Below, piece after piece: positions 56,228 through 64,000 of a stretch of DNA of 64,000 nt. The position numbers were made by a program, and so were the translations under genes. Within the stretch, counting starts at the first letter, position 1, and the number at the start of each line of letters is the position of its first letter. The notes beneath the pieces are model-generated. The model was not told where the DNA came from. It saw only the letters and a list, made by a program, of their open reading frames with translations, and searched no databases. The DNA lies in assembly GCA_023205875.1 (NCBI GenBank), contig CP060763.1:434001-498000 (forward strand), written 5' to 3'. This DNA is from Chloropicon primus. Its lineage: Eukaryota.

Positions 56228-58133
56228 TTACAATTGTTTGAAAGCCTTTGGAAGGGGCTTGAGCAGCAAACAGCACACTGCACCCACGCAGGAAATGAGG
56301 CACGCCAGAATGTTATAGAAAAAGTTCTCTCCCGTGAGCTTGTTCAAGAAAGGCAGGAGATTTGGAAAAACCAATGCCGATGCCGCCGTGGACGTCAGGA
56401 TCAACCCGTACACCTGGCCCGAGTTGATAGGGGCGAAGAGCTCCCTCGACAACGCGGCAATCAGGACATTGCAACCGCCAAAGATAACCACGATGACCGT
56501 GATGAGAAAGAGAGAGAGGTACTCGTCCGTCACAAAAGCACTCGCCAGGAGGCCAGCCATCTGAACGCAGTGAAATAGAAGAAAGAGCGACCTGCTGCCA
56601 GATCCGAAGATCTTCCATTGAGACATGTTCCACCTGTCTGCAATGTACCCGGCAGGCAGGCGACCAAAAATTGTTGCTATCAGATTCACGAGGATGACCC
56701 AGTTTGCCGCAACCCTTTTTGGCATACCAAGGCTAGTCGTGAATATTCCACCCAAATTCGCAAAGAGGGCGTACCCTGGGCCCACTGCAGTAAAAGCTGA
56801 GACCCAGAAAAGGGCGAACTCAGATGACTTAACAATCTCCCCCGCGGTGAGCTCGATCCCCAGGCCGCTCCTTGTGGATGAATCAAGCTTGCTCCGATGG
56901 GAGACCAGCAAGTCTTTTGTGTGTCCCGAGCTCAGGTCTGGCATCTTCAAGAACAAGCCTCCACCTGCCTGCAGCCCAAAGAGGGTCAGTGACAGGATCG
57001 TCAATGACGAATAGATGCCGTACTTGTCGATGCAGACCTCGATCATCGTCGCCATGGCCACCGACCCAAGCCCACCAAACGCCATCCCAATGGAGGATGC
57101 CAGCGCCGGACTTTTTGGTAGCCAGAACTGCATGTGAATAATGGCAGACAGGAACGATGGGCCGACCCCAAAGCCCGTCAGAGCGAAGCTCAGTTGGAGC
57201 AGCCACGCCTCGTCACCACGCAGGGCAGCCGTGGATAGCAACAAGGCCAAAACTAAAGGTGATGTGAGCAGCACCGACACTCTGGGACCCTCGACATACT
57301 TCATGAGAAAGGAACCATGAAAGATGCAGCCGAGCGTGAAAGAACAGATGAACAGGCTTATGGCGGACGCCACTGTGTTCTGGCCCAGGTGTTTCAGGTG
57401 AGGCATGAACTGGCTGAGGGCATACTGCACGCCGTTGCTCGACACAACAACGCAGGAAGCAGCAACCCTCAGCCACTTTGCATCCTTTACCTTGGAGGGC
57501 AAAGGAGGTTCCGGAGGATACAGCGGCTGCCTCTCCATCACGGTTGCCACGCTGGAGAGCAAGCTGGTATTCAAGTTCCCCGTCGTCGAGGTAGCCTGGG
57601 AGAACAGCAACGTCGAACCGCCGTCAAAGTCCTCCTCGTCGTCGTCTCCAAACAATACAGACCCCTCCGTGAAACTCTCTCTCCGACCAAGCCCAGCAAA
57701 AAGCGCGTCCCTTTCCTGATCCTCCCCGTCGCTGTCCACGCCGCCCAATATCTCAAGCCTCCGCTGCAACGTCCGCTTCCTGCGAGGACCACCACACGAT
57801 GAACCCAAACGAGAACCAGCTCCATCCGAGGGTCAGAGAGAGCACGAAGCGAGCGAGGTCGAAGTCGACGACGGGCGAGACCGCGCAAGCGGCGAGGACA
57901 AACAACCCAAAAGCTGTTGACCCGCGAAGAGGCCCCTCCTCCTCCTCCTTCGTGGTCCGTTCCAACACGAAACGTAACGCATCCTTGGGTACCAAAAACC
58001 ATCCATCGCCGCAGAAAAGAGAACCGGACGACGAACGACGCAACGATCGCGTCGAGGATTCAGCGTCATTGCGTTGTGAGAAAGGACTCGATCCTTACCT
58101 GAAGATGTGCGGCAACCCTTCCGTCAAGCTCAT
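56228..58133 (-). CDS. MFS transporter (oxalate/formate antiporter-like); exons 58133-58099, 57779-56228
   Basis: About 12 TM segments, W.P...LAS.I...FG.G, GR..AG.IADR, ELF....G.VYG; a short first exon MSLTEGLPHIF joins in phase 2 via GTAAGG/GCAG. Confidence 0.85.
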
Positions 58134-58304
58134 AGGCTCGACCTGACCGAGGGTTTGGCTTCCTTCCAGCCTCTCCTCTCCTCTGCCGCTTTCTGCTGAT
58201 TACGAAAAGGTTTTCACAACAGACGGGGAGGAGATCCGCGTGGGGCGGGAAGGAACAACGTGGCGACGGTAGAGGAGAGGAGGAGAGGAGGAGGAGGACC
58301 TTCA

Positions 58305-58537
58305 GACGGAAGCTTCGTCTCGCGAGCTTTCCATTGGTACCTTGGTTGAAGGCATTGGCAAAGGAATGACTGAGGAGGCGCCGTCTGAACGAGATTGATT
58401 CCTTAAGAGGGAAGTCAGGAGGAGTGGAAAGCAATCAGCGAGGAAGTTGACGACGGCGACGACAGAGGGAGGTTTGAAATACAGGATCGTCGGACGGAAG
58501 CTTTGTCTCGCGAGCTTTCGATTGGTGCCTTGGTTGA
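58305..58537 (+). promoter_or_regulatory. Two full-length CTTTC elements upstream of the OXA1-family gene (cores 58327-58349, 58515-58537)
   Basis: GACGGAAGCTT(C/T)GTCTCGCGAGCTTTC(C/G)ATTGGT(A/G)CCTTGGTTGA occurs twice, 188 bp apart. Confidence 0.7.
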
Positions 58538-58598
58538 CGAGAGGAAAGAGGGGGTGAAGCAGAGATGAGCAGCTCGAGCACATCATAAAGGCTTGTTG

Positions 58599-60034
58599 AT
58601 GATGATGGTCCTGGGGGCGTTGAGGAGGTCGAGCCGGGCGGGGAGGTCGACGATGCGTGAGGTGGTCGCGCTGTCAAACATTCAAGCGACCTTGGCGAAG
58701 GAGAATGCGGCTGTTTGTGAGCAGAAGAGAGGCATCTTCCAGGAAGCTGCGCTCGCTGGAGGGGAGGCTCTGTCGGCGTACCACGAGGCCACTGGACTGC
58801 CGTGGTGGGCGACGATCTCGAGCGCGACTGTGGGCCTCCGACTTGCCCTGCTGCCCCTGCAGATGAAGCAGAGGAAAGCCATGGCCGCCTTGCAGATGGC
58901 GAGAAGGGAGGTCAAGGAGGCTCAGGACTCGCAGGAGGGGGGCTCGACGGACTCTGTCGAGCTGTGGAAGAAAGCCATGTCAAGCTGGGTGCAGCGCTCG
59001 CGCGTCCGGGACAACAAAGTGACCGGCCCGCTGTGGCTCTTCACCCCAGTTTTTGCTCACCTTCCCTGCTTCATCACAATGATGATGACTGTGAGGTACA
59101 TGGCTTCCTCGCCCGATTTCTCTTTCCAGACGGGTGGTTTGCTGTGGTTCCGGGACCTCACCCTCCCTGCCTTTGATTTTGCCTCCCTGACTGCACCCAT
59201 GGGACCCGTAGGGGTAGTCTTGCCCGGCACGCTGGTGCTCCTGTACCACTACAGCATTCACCAGAACTTTGGGTCAGGTGACAACAAGGCTCTTCGCCTC
59301 TTCCTCGAGTGGCTGACGATCCCGATGCTGCTGGTGGGTCTCCAAGTTCCTCACGGAGTGTTCTGCTACTGGCTGACTTCCAGCGCGTTCAACAACGTGC
59401 AGGCTCCTGTCCTAGCGGCGATTGCAGCGAGGACGGCCACGGAAGGACCGGTGGCCTCCACCTCATCTCCGAGCGAGTCGCTCTTCGCCAAGGCCAAGGA
59501 GTTGTCGGAGAGCGGCAGGGGGGAAGCCGCGGTCGTTCTCGATGAGAAGGGCATCGAAGCGCTGAGCCATCAGGAGTGCATGGCGTTCGCAAAGACTCTG
59601 GCGCAAAAGAAAGATTGGAAGCAGGCGCACAAGCTGTTCCTCGTGGCAGCAACGAAGACGGAGAGTCTTGAATCTCCTGACTACGTACAGGCAATTTTTT
59701 GGGCCGGCATGTCTTCTGCTCGGCTGGGCTTGCACGAGAACGCTTTGGACTTGTTCGGCAAAGTGGTGGAAAGAGATCCAAAGAACACAGAGTCGATGCT
59801 CGCGTTGGCTAGTATACACAAAAAGGTGAGGGAAACGTTTTATTTTGTCGGCTGGTCTTGGACAAGGACTGACGACCTCCTTCTCTCTCTCTCTCTTTCT
59901 CTCCCTCTTTCCCTTCCCTCCGCCAGAATGGACGCATCGAGGAGGCTCGGGAGTGGCTCGTGGAAGCCGCAGAGATCGACTCAAAGGTCCGTGAGCAATT
60001 TCTGGACCCGTTCGACAAGGAGAACCCTCGGTGA
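58599..60034 (+). CDS. Mitochondrial YidC/Oxa1/Cox18 insertase with C-terminal TPRs (OXA2-like); exons 58599-59825, 59927-60034
   Basis: H.ATGLPWWATI...T..LR..LLP, GGLLWF.DLT, P.GVFCYWLTSS; TPR-like helices; phase-0 GTGAGG/CCAG intron. Confidence 0.85.
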
Positions 60035-60043
60035 TTTCCGTCA

Positions 60044-61678
60044 TCACGTGTTGCTCATCACCGTCCTCTGGAGCGCTTTCAAGGTCGCCGGTGCGAACAG
60101 GAGCCTGGGCTCACCTGCGGGAGCTGTGCTTGGATTTGGGTCCAGTGCCTCGCTCTTGATGCTGTTCCAACAAATGTTGGCGAGCCTCGGCTCTCCATTT
60201 TGCATCATGTACTTGTACAAGAATTCGTTCAGAGCGTTGCTCTTGATGCTGCAACCTATCAGGACTGCGGCTTCGTACCTTCCGGCGGCGAGGAAATCCA
60301 GGGCGATTCTGTGGAGGGCCTCCCCACTGGCGCGGGCCTTGCCCCTCTTGCCCGAATCGAGCTTGGCGATGTGACGGAACAGGAAGGAGAAGACTTTCCA
60401 AGAGGAGACATCGGCGATGGCATTCGTTTTGGAGATGTCCTCGACCACCTTCATCAGGTCGCGCAGATCGGATGTCTTCAGATAAGCCACCTCGAGGAGA
60501 GCCCTCATTGCTTCCCACTGCTTGGACCTCAGGTAACTCAGCACCACGCGACCGGAGGTCCCAAAATCAAAATCTGAGGGCTTTCCGCCTTGGCCTGCAG
60601 CACTCAGGTTGAGGAGGATCGTTTCCTCTTCGGACGTGATGCTGGCCTCGCCGTCGGCTTCGGAGTCCCACGACAGGACCGCGCTGTCACCGACGCCTCC
60701 CTGGGCGCGAAACAGGTCCGTGTTCTTAATCTCACTCCGCCACGACTGTAATTTATCATGCCACGTAATGGGCTGGAGGGCTTGGTCGAGCGCGAAGATG
60801 CTCCTGTCAGAGATGCACAGGATCAACCCCTTGTTCCTGTGCCAGGAGACGCTCTTCAATGCGCCCGAGCTCGGAGTGCCGGGGCGCGAGCAGATCGCCC
60901 CGAGAGAGGCGTCCAACATGCAGAAGCTGCTGTCTCGTGCCGCCACCAGTGCCTGCATTCCCACGCCCTTTGCACCGTCGCAACATATTGAGGCGTGGGC
61001 AAGGTCGCTGACCTTGAATGATGCTTTGTGCGAGCCGACCTCCGCGCAGGTGAGGTCTGGGATGCTGTAAGTCTTGAAAGTGAACCCCTTTTGCGGAGAG
61101 TGGGACAGAGAGGCCAAGCAGCTGCCATCTCCAGCGAACTCGCAGGCAAGCATGTTCTCGTCCCTCAGGTACGCCCTCGAGGACAAGGTGTACTTTTTGC
61201 ACAGCCTCTTGCCCTGCGTCCCGGAGACCCTGTACGTTTGCAGCGAGCTCGGCGTCCACAGGGTGACCACGCTGCAGTCTGAGTTGTACGAGACCCTCAG
61301 CTGTTGCCCCAGGGAGTCCTTCTCCGTCCTGGCCCTCACGAGCGGGACGTAGCCTATCGATATCAACTCCTTGTATTCTATGATAGCGAGCTGCGCGTCA
61401 GACTTTGCCTTGAGCAGTAGAACGTAAGGCTCCCTGTCCTTCCCGTGCCGGCACACACCCACGACCTTCCACGCTTTCCCTTGGAGATACCCGTTCCTGC
61501 TCAGGAATATCCTGTTCTTCGTGGCCAAACCCAGTCCGCCGCGGAAGGGGAAGTGACCGCCCACTTCCTCAAGAAACTCCTCGAGTGTCTTCGGCTTGCT
61601 CGTCGACGTCTTGTTGGAGAACCTCCTGCACTCGTAAGCCAGACAACCTTCCTTCCCATCTTGCACAAGGTTGGACAT
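60044..61678 (-). CDS. WDPCP: WDPCP/Fritz-like CPLANE component
   Basis: VSWH....IL.......FALDQALQPI and C-terminal F..FL...RYEAA.L....I....L...LY......GE..LA recall Fritz/WDPCP; divergent. Confidence 0.62.
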   Translation of the reverse strand: MSNLVQDGKEGCLAYECRRFSNKTSTSKPKTLEEFLEEVGGHFPFRGGLGLATKNRIFLSRNGYLQGKAWKVVGVCRHGKDREPYVLLLKAKSDAQLAIIEYKELISIGYVPLVRARTEKDSLGQQLRVSYNSDCSVVTLWTPSSLQTYRVSGTQGKRLCKKYTLSSRAYLRDENMLACEFAGDGSCLASLSHSPQKGFTFKTYSIPDLTCAEVGSHKASFKVSDLAHASICCDGAKGVGMQALVAARDSSFCMLDASLGAICSRPGTPSSGALKSVSWHRNKGLILCISDRSIFALDQALQPITWHDKLQSWRSEIKNTDLFRAQGGVGDSAVLSWDSEADGEASITSEEETILLNLSAAGQGGKPSDFDFGTSGRVVLSYLRSKQWEAMRALLEVAYLKTSDLRDLMKVVEDISKTNAIADVSSWKVFSFLFRHIAKLDSGKRGKARASGEALHRIALDFLAAGRYEAAVLIGCSIKSNALNEFLYKYMMQNGEPRLANICWNSIKSEALDPNPSTAPAGEPRLLFAPATLKALQRTVMSNT

Positions 61679-62122
61679 CTTCGGAGAGGAACAAAGATAT
61701 ATGTATGTATGTATGTATGTGTATGCAAAGCAAGCAAAGGAAGGAGAAGGAGAAGGAGGAGGAGTGGCGTGTCTCCGTTGCCCTCCTATGCCTCAAGGTC
61801 CCTGACCTCGCTGCTTGCCACGCTGGGACACAAACTCTCTGCTCTCTCTCTCTGCCCTCTCTCTCTCTCTCAATCGCCAAAGTACTTTGAGACTGACAGA
61901 TGCCAAAATTTTTTAACAATTTTGAAACGGCTCCTAGGGGGGAAGGAGGAGGGGAGAGAGGGGGGGAAAGGAACCTCCGAAACGGGGCCACGAGGTCAGT
62001 GTGCTCGTCCCTAGGAGCCGGTCCACGATCCTCCACCAAACTGCAGTGAGGTTGAAAGAGGGATCCTTGGCGAGGATGATGGAAGGTTTTTGATAGTGTT
62101 ACAGGTTGGGTTTTGTTGGAAT

Positions 62123-63723
62123 TTACTTGGGCCTGAGCTCAAACGACACCAAGGCCCAAGACAGGGAACAGCACATGAGCTTTATCATGGTGAGGGCGTA
62201 CCACATGCTGTATCCGTTCTTGAAGTCGCTCGAGAGCTCCAACTCGTACCAATCGGGCACCCTGCGATAGGAGTAGTGCATCAAGTCGTCATAACCAGTA
62301 TTGATGACGCTGCAGAGGAGCGAGACCAAGTAAAGCACGAGAAGGCAAATGTCGATGGTCCTCTGGGACGGGCCAACCGGCTCGAAGTTGAGAGTCCAGT
62401 CCTTGTGAAACTTGTCGTACGCTCCCAAGATGCTCATCACGATGAGAGTGAAAAAAGTTCTCGAGAAGGCCATGGACAGGGGCGAGTAGAACCTCATGAA
62501 GGCCCCGTTCGGGGTCGATCCGTCCAGAAGCATGAACATGTAAAGCGAGATGAGGGACATCCCCCCAAGCACCCCTTGCAAGAACAAGTAACAGACGCCA
62601 AAGATGTTGCTCGTTGTGTCGTACATGAGCTTCAGGGACAAGGGATTTCCCCCCATCCTGATCTTTTTGGCCTTGCCCCAAGCTCGCTTTGGCAGGCTAG
62701 CCTTGCCGGTGACTTTCTGAAACGTCCCGGTGATCGCATCCTCGACGTATCTCGTCTTTGGCCCCGGGCTGCCTGTCCCTTCCTTTTCCCTCAGCGTCTT
62801 CAACGTGCCCGTGTTCTCGTCCCAGATGTAGATCATGTCATGCGGGATCGAAGGCTTGGCCGAGGCTTCCTTCTCCTTTGCGGGTTCCACGCCGAACTTC
62901 ACGCTGATCTGCGTGCTCGAACCAGCCTCGGACACCCCCTGGCCCCCCTTGCTGCTCTCGTCAAACTTGAGGGCCCTGCACCGGAACCGGAGCGGAGAGA
63001 GAAAGAAAGGAGTGTGTGCGTGTGAAACGAAGTCAGAACCGATCCACGAAGTTTTTGCTCGCCGTGCCGTGCGCCAGAGACGAGACTCACCTCTTGATCA
63101 CCGTTGGTTTGGGAGAGGGGGCTTCGACTGGAGGAAGCTCGTGCGGAGGTGCCGACTCGACGTCTACTGGAGGTCTCTCCTCCACGGCTACTGGCTTTGG
63201 CTCGGGTCGTCGGGCCACGGGGACTCGCCTTGCCGCGGGAACCGCGACCTCGCTTGCGGCCTCCTCCTCGATCATCGAGGGTTTCTCCGGAATTGTGGCC
63301 CCCTCCTTCGCCTGGTGCTGCTTTGCTTCGTTCCTCTTCGCCCGGAGCTTGGCGATCCTCGCCGAGAACCTTCGTGCCCCGAGAGAGTCCGACTGGGGCA
63401 CAGCCTCCTCCGGCATCGTCGCCTTCCCTGCGAGGGACGCAAGGGGCGTCTCGATCCTCTGCGCAGGAGGCTGTTGCTTCAAGACAAGAGCAAAGTCTTT
63501 CAGTCAGAACAAACTCAAACGCAAACGCAATACAACTCCACGAAGAAGAAGAGGAACAGGAAGAGGAAGAAGAAGCTCCGGTGGGTCAACCTACCTTGAC
63601 CGGCTCGAGCTCCGTCCGAAGCGCCGGTAGCTTCCTGGGCGAGACCGGTGCGGTTTCCCTCCTCTGTTCGCTCGTGGATGCGATGGGCTCCTCCTCCTCC
63701 ATGGCGCTTCTCGCTTTTCTCAT
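62123..63723 (-). CDS. TMEM237: TMEM237-like ciliary transition-zone membrane protein; exons 63723-63595, 63470-63091, 62975-62123
   Basis: Disordered N-terminus, then four TMs with FLQGVLGG.SL...F...Y..L...F...F..L...S.LGA.DK; both introns join in frame. Confidence 0.68.
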
Positions 63724-64000
63724 CCTCTGTCCTCTTCAAACCACCCTCGTTTCCCGCTTCACGCGACCGATGGATTTCCTTAAGTAAACGCCAAGATGGG
63801 ACCGTTTTTCGAGTGAAGTGAATTAACCTCAACCAATCTTTGCTTTGGAACCAATCTTTGTACGATTGCCAAAGGAGAGCGCGGAGAGAGGAAAGGGGGC
63901 GCCAGGGGGAGGGGAGAAGGGGAGGGGGGAGGACCCACAGCATCGTGGCCCGTGGCCCTGACCTCCCCCTCTCCCCATCACCAATCCTTCTCTCTCTCTC

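Noticed and set aside
4726..58537. CTTTC element as a MITE/SINE
   Set aside because: No terminal inverted repeats, target-site duplications, poly-A tail or Pol III boxes seen, and the strict orientation and spacing fit a functional element better. A transposon ancestry cannot be excluded.
59826..60374. C-terminal part of the 593-aa ORF overlapping WDPCP
   Set aside because: Read-through of an intron with clear GT/AG, branch point and CT tract; the spliced frame completes a TPR and stops at 60034.
1..64000. tRNA, rRNA, transposase, integrase or viral genes
   Set aside because: No recognisable motifs or structures seen by eye; a tRNAscan/Rfam run would be needed to exclude small RNAs.

Overview
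Eukaryotic nuclear DNA from a very compact, GC-rich genome with short GT-AG introns. Plastid-targeted genes (RETICULATA family, CHI-fold FAP, a Tat-lumen protein) point to a small green alga; the style is Chloropicon-like, but that is inference. I can support about 34 protein-coding genes, most with spliced models reconstructed by hand. They include TOP1 (5' part), MCCA, VHA-d, NAD kinase, mitochondrial RPS18, a double-domain cathepsin X, PRP4 kinase, TIM23, ATP synthase subunit f, prolidase, REV1 and an OXA1/TPR insertase. Six cilium/basal-body genes are also present: ARL2BP, CCDC13, IFT172, LRRC34-like, WDPCP-like and TMEM237-like. I saw no rRNA, tRNA, CRISPR array or transposase. The most striking unexplained signal is non-coding: a degenerate ~45-bp element (23-nt core CTTTCnrWWGAnnnCTyGsTyGA, often preceded by ACG[G/A]AAG..GTCTC) found about 20 times by eye. 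Every copy I found lies in a 5' region, and nearly all point in the direction of transcription. Same-strand copies are 177-192 bp apart and divergent copies 259-273 bp apart, suggesting a sequence-encoded promoter/nucleosome-phasing system. Other oddities are a triple HARE-HTH + SHOCT protein built by 267-bp duplications, a bacterial-looking FG-GAP surface protein, an ATP synthase subunit f with a long C-terminal extension, and a perfect 122-bp tandem array.
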